From Ostreococcus lucimarinus (lineage: Eukaryota), in the NCBI GenBank assembly GCA_000092065.1, contig CP000593.1: DNA of 64,000 bases; one strand, 5' to 3'. The translations under genes and the position numbers were made by a program. The notes under the pieces are model-generated. The model did no database searches, had not been told where the DNA came from, and saw only the letters and a program-made list of their open reading frames with translations. The first letter of the stretch is position 1. Every line of letters begins with the position of its first letter. Shown here in pieces: positions 1 through 9,182 of the stretch.

Positions 1-2
1 CG

Positions 3-491
3 CGTCCGTTGATAAATAGACGTTCGAGCATGCGGTTTCAAACGCGCGCCATCGCAGCAAATATCCGAGGCGATGGATTCGTGGCCGCGAGCGTCGAGGG
101 ACGCGTAGCGGTGGAGTTCATACGCGATGAAGAGAACGACAAGCGAAAATATGCGTTCAAGTGTCATCGCAAAACCGATGACGCGAGCGTGGGTGAGATT
201 GTTTATCCCGTCCACGCGGTGGCGTTTCATCCCGTCCACGGCACATTCGCCACGGGCGGCGGCGACGGTTACGTCAATTTTTGGGATGGCGACGCTAAAA
301 AGCGACTTTTTCAGTCGCCCCGCTACCCCACCTCCATCTCAGCGCTCGCTTTCAGTCCTTGTGGGTCCTTGCTCGCCATCGCGTCTTCGTACGCGCACGA
401 AGAGCGAGAGAACAACAAGCCCGAAGACCGCGTCTTCCTTCGCGAGACGCGCGCCGAGGAAGTCACCCCGAAATCGGCCAAGACATCCTAG
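3..491 (+). CDS. BUB3: Mitotic checkpoint protein Bub3 (WD40), C-terminal part; 5' end lies outside the window
   Basis: The translation ...KYAFKCHRK...VYPVHAVAFHPVHGTFATGGGDGYVNFWDGDAKKRLFQSPRYPTSISALAFSPCGSLLAIASSY... matches the conserved C-terminal WD repeats of Bub3. The ORF is open to the window edge and its first M in the ORF track is a TTG. Confidence 0.8.
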   Translation, partial: RPLINRRSSMRFQTRAIAANIRGDGFVAASVEGRVAVEFIRDEENDKRKYAFKCHRKTDDASVGEIVYPVHAVAFHPVHGTFATGGGDGYVNFWDGDAKKRLFQSPRYPTSISALAFSPCGSLLAIASSYAHEERENNKPEDRVFLRETRAEEVTPKSAKTS

Positions 492-668
492 ACAAACGAC
501 CGACCGAACGAACGCGCGCGCGTGTCAACGCTCATCGCCAGATATTCATTCGCGCGCCGAACCTTTCGCCGAGACGCTTCGCGTCCCGCTCGCGCCGCGT
601 CCTCACTTTCCCTCGCGCGCGTCCGCCCGCGGCGCGCCCGCGGCCCGCCCGCGCCCGCGCTCGGCGTC

Positions 669-2702
669 ATGTACCGCGCGTCACGCATCCCCGCGCGCGC
701 GCGTTGGCGCATCGCGTCGCTCGCGTCGCCGCGGCGCGCGCCGTCGCCGCGTCACCGCCGCTCGCTCGTCGTCGTTCGCGCCGCGCGCGCGACGCCCGCG
801 ACGTTCGATTACACCGCCCTCGTCGCGAGCGTGCGGGAGATAAACGCGCTGTCGACGCCGGTGAAGATCGACGCGTGCGCGCAGGTGGACGCGCACTCGA
901 TGACGCTGGACGCGCGCGCGGCGGATGGACGGCGGAGCGTGCGAGTGAGTTGGCACCCGGTGACCGCGCACGTCGCGATGAGCGCGCGCGGGGCCAAGGT
1001 GGAGAAGGGGATGAATCTTAGTTTTGGCGAGAGCGCGAACGCGCTGCTCAAGGGGAAGGTGCTGCTGGATGCGCGCGTGGGGACGGCGTGGGAACGCGCG
1101 TGTCGGTTGCGATTCGGCGATAGGCCGGGAGGTGAGGCAGAGTACGAGCTGTTGTGTGAGGTCATGGGGCGGTACAGCAACGCGTTCTTGCTTGATAGTA
1201 AAAATAATGATGAAGTTTTAGCGTGTGGGTATCAGGTTGGGGAGAAACAGACGAGTGTGCGGCGATTGGCGATCGGGTACGCGTACGAGCCGCCGCCCTC
1301 GGCGCCCGGGATCGATCCCACGACCGGGGTTGAAGGGGGCGTGGACGGATGGACCGCGGTGTTGCGCGACGTCGCACGCGGTCGCAGTGGTGATATGGGC
1401 GAAGCGCGTTTGGATGAGTGCATGGTGCGCGCGTTTCGAGGGGTGTCACCGGCTTTGGCCAAGGCGTTGATTCGCGGCGCGGGCGTCGCCGATGGCGAGC
1501 GCGTCGAAACCGCGAGTGCGAGCGATTGGGTCGCCGTGTACGATGAGTTCATGCGATGGATTGCGAGCGTTTCAAGTGATGCCGACAGTGCGGGTACGCT
1601 CGCAAACGCCACGTGGTGCGAAGAGTTCGGGCAGTTGTTATTGCACCCGTCGTCCGCGGGCGTCGTCTTGCCGCCCGCCGCCGACGATTTGAGCGTTGCC
1701 GGCGGGCCGATCGGCGCTCTTTTCGGCGCTGTGTACGGCGAAGCGGGCGAAACCGACGTGTTCGAGCGCGAACGCTCGCGCATTTTACAAGCCGTGCGCG
1801 CGCGTCTGAAAAAGTTGGCGAGCAAAGACGTTGGGTTCCGCAAGCAATTAGAGGCGGCGAGCGGGCACGAAGAAATTCAACTGCTCGCCGACGCGTTGAT
1901 GGCGTACAGTTACAACTATAAGCCTGGTTCGAGCGAGCTTGAGGGTCAAGACTTCACCACGGGCGAGACAGTGATGTTTAAAGTAGATCCCGAGAAAGGT
2001 CCTGTGGGCACCGCCGAGGCGCTGTACAAAAAGACGAGAAAGCTGCGTCGCACCGCCGACGCCGTCGAGCCGCTCATCGAACAAAATGCGAGCGAGATTG
2101 AGTATTTAGAGGGCGTCGAATTTAGTATTCTCGAAGTCAGCGAGTTCAAATCGCGCGACGATTTATTGTTCATCGAGGAAATTGGCGCCGAACTCGTGGA
2201 CGGTGGATTCTTAAAGCCCACGGGCAAGGGCGCCGACGCGAAGACGCGCGCGATGGCGGCGGCGAAGAAGGGCGGCGGCGCGAAGCCGAAAACCGGTAAG
2301 CAAGCGCGTAAGCAAGAGATGATGAACGCCATTCGCATCTATACCGCGCCGAGTGGAAAGGAGGTGTACTGCGGAAGAAATAGCCGCGGAAACGAAGCGG
2401 TTTCGCTTTTCTTCGGACAAGACCAAGACGTGTGGTTTCACGTTCGCGGCGCCCCGGGCGCGCACGTCATCCTTCGCCAACAACCAGGCGAAACCGCCTC
2501 AGACGACGACATCCAATTCGCCGCCAACGTCGCGAGCTTTCATTCGAAAGTGAGAACGGGCGGCAAAGTCAACGTTTCGTACACGTCTCCTAAGTACGTG
2601 AAAAAGCCCAAGGGCGCCAGGCTCGGCATGGTCACCATCGACCGCGAAGACGTCATCGTCGGACGACCGGACGACGTCGCGGACGTCTGCGACGGGCGAT
2701 GA
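669..2702 (+). CDS. NFACT-domain protein (FbpA/Rqc2/NEMF-like; NFACT-N, coiled coil, NFACT-R/DUF814), probably organelle-targeted
   Basis: N-terminal FDYTALVASVREIN...GRYSNAFLL fits the NFACT-N pattern. C-terminal YTAPSGKEVYCGRNSRGNEAVS...FHVRGAPGAHVIL...VSYTSPKYVKKPKGARLGMV fits DUF814/NFACT-R. The ORF opens at 522 with a GTG, the first ATG is at 669, and the N-terminus is R/S/A-rich like a transit peptide. Confidence 0.7.
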   Translation: MYRASRIPARARWRIASLASPRRAPSPRHRRSLVVVRAARATPATFDYTALVASVREINALSTPVKIDACAQVDAHSMTLDARAADGRRSVRVSWHPVTAHVAMSARGAKVEKGMNLSFGESANALLKGKVLLDARVGTAWERACRLRFGDRPGGEAEYELLCEVMGRYSNAFLLDSKNNDEVLACGYQVGEKQTSVRRLAIGYAYEPPPSAPGIDPTTGVEGGVDGWTAVLRDVARGRSGDMGEARLDECMVRAFRGVSPALAKALIRGAGVADGERVETASASDWVAVYDEFMRWIASVSSDADSAGTLANATWCEEFGQLLLHPSSAGVVLPPAADDLSVAGGPIGALFGAVYGEAGETDVFERERSRILQAVRARLKKLASKDVGFRKQLEAASGHEEIQLLADALMAYSYNYKPGSSELEGQDFTTGETVMFKVDPEKGPVGTAEALYKKTRKLRRTADAVEPLIEQNASEIEYLEGVEFSILEVSEFKSRDDLLFIEEIGAELVDGGFLKPTGKGADAKTRAMAAAKKGGGAKPKTGKQARKQEMMNAIRIYTAPSGKEVYCGRNSRGNEAVSLFFGQDQDVWFHVRGAPGAHVILRQQPGETASDDDIQFAANVASFHSKVRTGGKVNVSYTSPKYVKKPKGARLGMVTIDREDVIVGRPDDVADVCDGR

Positions 2703-2723
2703 ATCGCGCGCATCGCTCAAACT

Positions 2724-2728
2724 TGTAA
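2724..2728 (+). promoter_or_regulatory. TGTAA poly(A)-signal-like motif downstream of the NFACT gene
   Basis: A TGTAA pentamer lies ~25 nt after the stop at 2702. TGTAA is the green-algal poly(A) signal. Confidence 0.4.
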
Positions 2729-3085
2729 CATTCGCCCCCTCGTCCCGAGGACCCATAAAGTCATAAAGCGTCCATCGCGTCGTCGCGCGCACCGTCGCGT
2801 CTCGCCGCGCCCTTCGCCGCGCGCCCCGCGGGCTTCGCGCGTCGCGCGCGACGCCGACGCCGACGCCTCGCCTCCGACCGCGCGCGCGTCGACCGCGTCG
2901 ACCGCGGCGACCGCGCGTTTCGTCGCGCGGTCGCGTGACGTCACGCGCGAACCGTCGACGTCGACGATTCGTGTCGCGCGACCGACCGCTCGTATGCGTA
3001 AACAGTGACGCGCGAAAATGACAAAATTCGACGTCACCGTCGACGGCGCGCCGCATCGCGTCACTCTCGCACACGCACGCACGAC

Positions 3086-3742
3086 ATGTTCGCCGTCACG
3101 ACTCGCCCCCAACTCGCCGCCCGCGCCGTCGTCAAGACGCAGCGCGCGCACCGCCGCGCCTCCGTCGCGGTCCGCGCCGAAAACGACGTCTCCAAGGCGG
3201 TCGAAGAGGCGAACTCCGAGTGGAAGGATGCCGACGCGGCGTCCAAGCAGCCGACGATGCGCGTCGACGCGATCGACCCGGCCGACGGCTCCATCGCCGA
3301 AGCGGCGCCGCTCGGGAACGATAACTCCATGCTCGACTCCGTCATGCTCGCGTTCAAGGACTCGCGCGCGGTGGAGACGATCAACGGTCGCGCGGCGATG
3401 ATTGGGTGGACGGCGGCGCTCTACGTGGAGCTGACGTCGAACACGAGCTTCATGCACCAATTGTTCAACGAACGCACGTTCACGCTCGCGGACGGCATCA
3501 CGCGCACGTCCACGTACCCGGCGGCCGGGTTCTTCCTCGTGCCGGCCTGCGTGATCTTGACCTTGGCGTCCTCTTTGGCGCCGGCGCTCAAGAAGTCGTC
3601 GCCGAACGGCTTGGACGAGGCGCCCGAGGCGTTCGGGCCGTTCCGCGCGGAGGCGGAGATGACGAACGGTCGCGGTGCGATGATCGGTCTCGTCGCGTTG
3701 CCGATCGTCGAAAAGATCATGGGCGGCTCCGCGCTGTTCTAA
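3086..3742 (+). CDS. ELIP/LHC-like (Lil) chlorophyll-binding protein with transit peptide
   Basis: Two helix motifs, ETINGRAAMIGWTAAL and AEMTNGRGAMIGLVAL, give the ExxNGRxAMxG signature of ELIP/OHP/LHC helices. The N-terminus MFAVTTRPQLAARAVV... looks like a transit peptide. The ATG at 3086 sits inside a longer GC-driven ORF that opens at 3005. Confidence 0.8.
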   Translation: MFAVTTRPQLAARAVVKTQRAHRRASVAVRAENDVSKAVEEANSEWKDADAASKQPTMRVDAIDPADGSIAEAAPLGNDNSMLDSVMLAFKDSRAVETINGRAAMIGWTAALYVELTSNTSFMHQLFNERTFTLADGITRTSTYPAAGFFLVPACVILTLASSLAPALKKSSPNGLDEAPEAFGPFRAEAEMTNGRGAMIGLVALPIVEKIMGGSALF

Positions 3743-3870
3743 TCGAACGATATCGGACAAAGATAAACAAACAACATTTTTTCAAGCAAGGATGGGCAGC
3801 GCTAACGATGTGCGCTCCGCCGCGCCAATTTTCACGACGATGATCGAAGACTTCTTACTTAGTCAGTTAG

Positions 3871-3875
3871 TGTAA
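3871..3875 (+). promoter_or_regulatory. TGTAA poly(A)-signal-like motif downstream of the ELIP gene
   Basis: TGTAA lies in the AT-richer 3' flank ~130 nt after the stop. Confidence 0.35.
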
Positions 3876-3963
3876 CAACACGAAAACATTTGCGCATCAA
3901 TCATTAAAACAATTGCGTCTAACTATGGCTTCGCGAAAGCCCGCGTCCGCCACGTCGAACGCT

Positions 3964-4608
3964 TCACGCGAACTCGTACGCGCGGCGCGCGAGTCGGGCG
4001 ATTTCCGCGTCGTCCGCGCCGCGAGCCACCGCCGCGTACATCGCATCCTCGCGTTCAGACCACACCATTTTCTTTGCAGAGATGTGAATCGGCGGTAAAA
4101 TCACTTTTTCGTCCGTCACGGCTAAGATGTCCTCCACGGACCAAAATTTTTGATCTAAATATTCGTCGGCGCACATCGTCTTGCGCGCGATTTCCTCCTC
4201 CGTCAGCGTCGCCGCGAGGACCACGTTAATATCGCACGTCCCGTTCCCCGCCGGCTCCTGCACTCGAAATTCCCAATTCATCGTGCTCGTGGTCACGAAT
4301 CGAAACCGCTCCGTGTCGATCTCGATCCCGATGTCTCGCTTCGCGTGCCGTCTCGCCGTCTCCTCCACCGTCTCCCCCGTGCGCATCCGTCCACCGATGT
4401 ACCACCACGTCCCTTTCGCCGGTTCGTGCTTGCGCAGCCCGAGCAAAACCTCTCCCTTTTCGTTCGTCAGCAAGCAATCGACGCAGCCCTTCACCAGCGC
4501 GTCCAAAGCGCGTCCGTACTCGTCGTCCGGCAGGAACAGCCCGCTCGGTTTGTACGTCCCAGTCTCGAAGTGGTGGTGTCGCGTCGGCGGTCGCGTCGGC
4601 GCCGGCAT
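3964..4608 (-). CDS. Nudix hydrolase
   Basis: The Nudix box GGRMRTGETVEETARRHAKRDIGIE fits GX5EX7REUXEEXGU. The ORF starts with ATG. Confidence 0.8.
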   Translation of the reverse strand: MPAPTRPPTRHHHFETGTYKPSGLFLPDDEYGRALDALVKGCVDCLLTNEKGEVLLGLRKHEPAKGTWWYIGGRMRTGETVEETARRHAKRDIGIEIDTERFRFVTTSTMNWEFRVQEPAGNGTCDINVVLAATLTEEEIARKTMCADEYLDQKFWSVEDILAVTDEKVILPPIHISAKKMVWSEREDAMYAAVARGADDAEIARLARRAYEFA

Positions 4609-4817
4609 CGTCTCGACGATCGCCCGCGTCTATCGTCGCTCGTCCGCGCGCGCGCGACCGGTCGAAGCGCGTCGGCGCGTCGCGACGTGCGCGTCGCGCC
4701 TCGGAGTCGCGCCGAAAAGTGTCCCGAGCGAAGTGGATAAAGTCGTCACTCCGCCGCGACGTCGCGTCGCGCGCGCGATCGCGCCCGACCGTCGTCGACG
4801 TCGTCCAACGAAGCGCC

Positions 4818-5810
4818 ATGGGCATTCGCGCCGCGTGCGCGGTGGACATGCGCGGTAAGATCGCCGTGGTCACCGGCGCGAACACCGGGATCGGGTTGCA
4901 GACGGCCAGGTTGCTCGCGGACGCCGGCGCGCGCGTCGTCATGGCGTGTCGCTCGATCGACAGAGCGAGGGCGGCGCTCGAGTACGCGTCAAACGGGGGC
5001 GCGAACGACGTGGCGGTGATGGCGCTCGATCTGAGCGACGCCGCGAGCGTCAGGGCGTTCGCGGAAAAGTTTGGGAAGGAGTATGAAAAATTGGACGTCT
5101 TGGTGAATAACGCGGGATTGAACGGGGCGAGCGGATACAGTGGACCGAAGACGACGAAACAAGGGTACGACATATGCATGGGGGTGAATTATCTCGGACA
5201 CTTCATGCTCACGTCGTTGTTGTTGCCGCAGTTGATGAAGAGCGACGGCGCGAGGGTGGTGGCGTTGAGTTCGGTGACGACGTGGTTCGGGTCAAACAAG
5301 TATCAGTACTACTACAAGGGTGCGAGTAAGACGAAGGGGAACTACGGGTCGAGCAAGTTGGCGTGTTTGGCGATGACGGTGGAGCTGCAGCGACGATTGG
5401 ATGCGGCGTATCCGGATAACAAGATCGTCTGCGCCGCCGCAGATCCGGGCTTCGTGGCGAGCAACATTTGGAGAGATTACAACCCGGTTTTGCGAAAGAT
5501 CATGAGCATCTTGGCCTTGACGCCCGCGCAAGGAGCGATGACGAGCGTGAACGCGGCGTCGCTGCCGTCCATAACAAAGGCGACGCTTTACATGCCGTTC
5601 AAGATTAAAATGTCCAAGCTGTTCAAGATGCACAAGAGCGCGACGTACATGTTCGGCATGCCTCTCTTATCCAAAGCGTTCGCCGGTTTCGGCGCCGATG
5701 CCATGGCGCCGCGCGCGAAAAACGCCGAGTCTAACGCGAAGCTTTGGGATTTGAGCATCGAGTTTTGCAAGGAGAACGGCGTCAAGAGCTGCGAGGCGTA
5801 CAATTTGTAA
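4818..5810 (+). CDS. Short-chain dehydrogenase/reductase (retinol-dehydrogenase/WWOX-like SDR)
   Basis: KIAVVTGANTGIGLQTARLLADAGARVVMACR is a TGxxxGxG Rossmann motif. NNAG is present, and YGSSKLA provides the catalytic YxxxK. The ORF opens at 4719 and the first ATG is at 4818. Confidence 0.8.
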   Translation: MGIRAACAVDMRGKIAVVTGANTGIGLQTARLLADAGARVVMACRSIDRARAALEYASNGGANDVAVMALDLSDAASVRAFAEKFGKEYEKLDVLVNNAGLNGASGYSGPKTTKQGYDICMGVNYLGHFMLTSLLLPQLMKSDGARVVALSSVTTWFGSNKYQYYYKGASKTKGNYGSSKLACLAMTVELQRRLDAAYPDNKIVCAAADPGFVASNIWRDYNPVLRKIMSILALTPAQGAMTSVNAASLPSITKATLYMPFKIKMSKLFKMHKSATYMFGMPLLSKAFAGFGADAMAPRAKNAESNAKLWDLSIEFCKENGVKSCEAYNL

Positions 5811-5858
5811 TGGCTGATTATCTTCGCCGCGTCTCCTACAATTTGTTGTCGATTTTAA

Positions 5859-7007
5859 TTACACCACGCTCCACGGAATTTCCTCACCCGCGTAAAATGG
5901 CACCACCGTAGTGTCACCAAACTTGTACTCATCCGGCACTTTCCAAGCCTTCTTCTCCAACGTCACCGTCTCGGTGTTACGCGGGACGCGGTAAAAGTCG
6001 GCTCCGTTGTGCGACGCAAACGCCTCGAGCTTGTCGAGCGCGTCGACGGATTCGAAAGCCATGGCGTAGAGTGGCAACGCGGCATGCGCAGAGAAGATAC
6101 CCGCGCACCCGCACGCGGCCTCCTTTGCGCCTTTGGGGTGCGGCGCGCTGTCGGTGCCGAGGAAAAACTTGCCGCTCCCGCTCGTCGCCGCCGCGAGCAC
6201 GGCTTCGCGATGCTCCTCACGCTTTAAGATGGGCAAGCAATAGAAATGTGGTCTTAAACCACCCTTGAAAAGGGCGTTACGATTGAACAGCACGTGTTGC
6301 GGCGTCACTGACGCTGCGACGTTCGGCCCCGCCGCGGCGACAAACTCGGCGGCGTCGCGCGTCGTGATGTGTTCCATCACCACCCTCAAATCCGGAGATC
6401 TATCCAACAGCGGCATCAAAACGTCCTGAATGAATCTCGCCTCTCGATCGAACACGTCCACGCTCGCGTGCGTCACTTCTCCGTGCACTTGCAACGTCAG
6501 CCCCAGTTCCGCCATGCGTTTCGTCGCCTTCGCCACGTTCGCCACATCCGTCACCCCAAATTCACTGTTCGTCGTCGCCCCTGCCGGGTACAGCTTATAC
6601 CCTCGCACGAATCCACACGCGTGCGCTTCCTCGACTTGCTCTACCGTGGTGTTATCCGTGAGATACAGCGTCATGTGCGGTTCGAATCCGTCGCTCGCCG
6701 GCGCCGCCTTCGCGATGAGTTCCCGGTACTTTTCAGCCTCGCTCGCCGTGCGCACGGGCGGCGTCAGGTTCGGCATCACCAGCGCGCGCTTGAACGTCTT
6801 CGACGTGAACGGGACGACGTCGGCGAGCTTTGAGGCGTCGCGGACGTGCAGGTGCCAGTCGTCCGGTCGAGCGATGGTCAGCGAGGACGCCCGCGCGACG
6901 GCGACGCGCGCGCGCGGCGAGGCGCGCGCGCGACGACCCGGAAGCACCGTCGCTTCGAGGGAGAGTCGCGACGACGCGAGGGCGCGTGGAGAGAGGAGTC
7001 GCGGCAT
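5859..7007 (-). CDS. Dihydroorotase (type II, E. coli PyrC-like) with N-terminal targeting extension
   Basis: ...RPDDWHLHVRD...LVMPNLTPPV...HGEVTH...FLGTDSAPHPKGAKE... aligns throughout with homodimeric-type DHOase. The ATG at 7007 starts MPRLLSPRALASSRLS..., which looks like a transit peptide, and the ORF continues upstream to 7127. Confidence 0.85.
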   Translation of the reverse strand: MPRLLSPRALASSRLSLEATVLPGRRARASPRARVAVARASSLTIARPDDWHLHVRDASKLADVVPFTSKTFKRALVMPNLTPPVRTASEAEKYRELIAKAAPASDGFEPHMTLYLTDNTTVEQVEEAHACGFVRGYKLYPAGATTNSEFGVTDVANVAKATKRMAELGLTLQVHGEVTHASVDVFDREARFIQDVLMPLLDRSPDLRVVMEHITTRDAAEFVAAAGPNVAASVTPQHVLFNRNALFKGGLRPHFYCLPILKREEHREAVLAAATSGSGKFFLGTDSAPHPKGAKEAACGCAGIFSAHAALPLYAMAFESVDALDKLEAFASHNGADFYRVPRNTETVTLEKKAWKVPDEYKFGDTTVVPFYAGEEIPWSVV

Positions 7008-7166
7008 GGCGGGCGGGCTCGAAGTGACGCGCGAGGGCGGCGGCGGCGCCGAGAGACGCTCGTCTCGATTCGAGCGCGCGCGTCGCGTCGAATCGCGTCG
7101 CGCTGCGCTGTTTAGTTTTACACGCACCCACCGTAGCTAGTGGTGGTTGTCATCTCGCGCGCGGCG

Positions 7167-8102
7167 TCACTTGCGCAGGGCGCAACAACCGCCGCACACG
7201 CTATTGAACATTCGCACAAGCGGACTGAGCTCGGCGCCGTCGCCGCCCCGACCGCCTTTGCCTTCGCCCATGAACTGCGAACTCGATCGACTGAGCGAGT
7301 TCACGCCTCTCGCGGCTAAATCGATGACGACCTGACCGGTCTTCGTGTTCCCGACCACGGGCATGTCGTCCTTGTACTGCTCGAAATCCATCTCGGCGCC
7401 GTTTTCAGTCAACCCGGCTTCGAGCTCCAAGCTCGCGATGCTCTCGTGCAATCGCGACTTGCTCGTCGTTAAACTATCGCTCACCGCGTTTATCCGCCCA
7501 CTCACGCTCCCGAGCTCGCTCTTTTTATCGTTCCTCGCCGTCGCACCCCCAGCCACGCGTTCGCTCGGCAGCGAAAAATCAACCGAAAACTCGCTCGCGA
7601 GCTCATCCGCGTCCGCCGCGCTCCCATCGTCGTCCACCGTGCTCCCGTACATCATCGAGTACCCGACCAACGAATTTTCATCGTTCATCGATCGTCCATC
7701 GCCGCTATCTCCGCTCTTCACGCTCCATTTATCCCCTCCTCGTTCCCGTTCTCGTTCCCGTTCGCCGCGCGTCGTCCCGCTCGTCCCGTTCGCCCCTCGC
7801 GGCGCCTGTCCCGTCCCCGTTCGTTTCTCCGCGAACGACTCCAGCTGCCGCACCAGCGCCGTGAGTTCGTTATCTCCGCCCTCCTCGTCCTCCTCGCCGT
7901 CGTACGGCGAGACGAGCGTCGATCGCGGTTTCGATGCGTCGCGCGCGTCCGCGTCTCTGAATTCCCTCAGCGCGCGCTCCGTGAGCTCCACCGCCTGCAC
8001 CGTGCGCGCGCGCGTGTCCGACAGGCGATGCGAGACGTCGTCCGCGCTCGCGCGCGCGCGCGCGAGGTCCACCGACGCGTCCGCGCGAGGGCGCGGCGGC
8101 AT
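7167..8102 (-). CDS. Hypothetical protein (acidic, Ser/Gly-rich, ending in Cys cluster ...VCGGCCALRK)
   Basis: The ORF is 311 aa and its distal two-thirds has a non-repetitive, protein-like composition. The overlapping plus-strand ORF 7345..8370 is S/L/P/R-rich and looks antisense. I recognise no domain. The 5' third contains an (RE)n microsatellite, so the true start is uncertain. Confidence 0.4.
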   Translation of the reverse strand: MPPRPRADASVDLARARASADDVSHRLSDTRARTVQAVELTERALREFRDADARDASKPRSTLVSPYDGEEDEEGGDNELTALVRQLESFAEKRTGTGQAPRGANGTSGTTRGERERERERGGDKWSVKSGDSGDGRSMNDENSLVGYSMMYGSTVDDDGSAADADELASEFSVDFSLPSERVAGGATARNDKKSELGSVSGRINAVSDSLTTSKSRLHESIASLELEAGLTENGAEMDFEQYKDDMPVVGNTKTGQVVIDLAARGVNSLSRSSSQFMGEGKGGRGGDGAELSPLVRMFNSVCGGCCALRK

Positions 8103-8128
8103 TCGCGTCGAGAATACGATCGCGCGCG

Positions 8129-9088
8129 ATGTGGCGCGTCACAATCGCGCGACGCGCGCGCGACGCGAGTTCGCGGCGCTCGGGCGAACGGGACGCGATC
8201 GCGACGATGCGCGTCGCCGTCGCGCGCGCGGACGCGACGCGCGCGCGCGCGCGCGCGGCGGCGTCGCCGCGAAGGACGACGTCGACGGGGGTCGGTTCGA
8301 GGTTCGAGCGGGCGCGCGCGACGACGACGCGCGCGATCGACGACGCGCGCGCGCGAGGAAAGGGTGGTGACGTCGACGCGGAGGCGCGCGCGGACGAGGC
8401 GCGCGCGCGCGCGAGGGCGCGGCTGCGGGAGGCGTGCGCGGGGACGTATCGCGGGGCGCTGGCGACGCGCGACGACGCGGCGGAGATCATGGCGGCGGCG
8501 GGCGCGCTCGAGCGGCTGACGACGAGCGAGACGATCGAGTGGGATGCGCTGGATGGGAAGTGGCGGTTGGCGTACACGAACGCGGCGGACGTGCTGGGGC
8601 TGTTGATGGCGTCGCAGAGGTTGGGGGTGCCCGAGGTGGGGGATATTTTTCAGAGCTTCGGGTGCGCGAACGGGACGAATACGGGGATCACGAACGAGAT
8701 ACGCCTGAGCGTGCCGTTTTTGTTGAGCGAGGCGAAGGTTGGCGCGCCGGGAGGCGTCGGATTGCGCGTGCAGGCGAGTTTTAAGGATGTCGGGCGGCGG
8801 CGCATCGCGTTGACGTTTCAAGAGGCGCAGGTGAGCGAGATTAGTATTTCGCCGCTCGCCGAGACGTTGTTGGCGCCGGCGATTTTGCCTCGGTCGTCGC
8901 TGAATCATCAAGTGCTGATGTTTATCAAAGAGCTCGAGCTGAAGTTTCCGCTTCGGGGCGCTCTGACGTCCATGGGCGGCGGAGAAGCTGGCGCCGCCGT
9001 GGGCACGTATCATCTCACGTTTTGCGACGAGGACATGTTGATCGGACGCGCCGCCGCGGGCGGAATATACATTTTCACGCGCGCTTAA
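8129..9088 (+). CDS. Plastid lipid-associated protein / fibrillin family (PAP_fibrillin)
   Basis: ...LERLTTSETIEWDALDGKWRLAYTNA...LTFCDEDMLIGRAAAGGIYIFTRA matches the fibrillin fold. Fibrillins typically end ...YLDEDLRISRG...FVL. The N-terminus is transit-peptide-like. Confidence 0.7.
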   Translation: MWRVTIARRARDASSRRSGERDAIATMRVAVARADATRARARAAASPRRTTSTGVGSRFERARATTTRAIDDARARGKGGDVDAEARADEARARARARLREACAGTYRGALATRDDAAEIMAAAGALERLTTSETIEWDALDGKWRLAYTNAADVLGLLMASQRLGVPEVGDIFQSFGCANGTNTGITNEIRLSVPFLLSEAKVGAPGGVGLRVQASFKDVGRRRIALTFQEAQVSEISISPLAETLLAPAILPRSSLNHQVLMFIKELELKFPLRGALTSMGGGEAGAAVGTYHLTFCDEDMLIGRAAAGGIYIFTRA

Positions 9089-9182
9089 TTAGCAATTCTT
9101 TCCTTGTAGATTCACACACGCTGCTACTACGTACGTGCGTACGCACCACCACTAAATTCTATAAGTTTCTGACTCGCGTCGA

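Noticed and set aside
359-1021. Numerous long ORFs (60-650 aa) rich in Arg/Ala/Gly/Pro on both strands throughout the window, e.g. 127..843, 2717..3760, 7967..9013, 13630..14226, 20399..21586, 27032..27955, 56738..58612 and 57579..59126.
   Set aside because: Their composition is driven by the ~68% GC and CGCGCG runs. They overlap, and are usually antisense to, genes with clear homology. They have no domain signatures and mostly start at non-ATG codons in the ORF track.
7345-8370. Plus-strand ORF 7345..8370 (341 aa).
   Set aside because: It has the Ser/Leu/Pro/Arg-rich low-complexity composition typical of antisense reading. The minus-strand ORF has the more protein-like composition.
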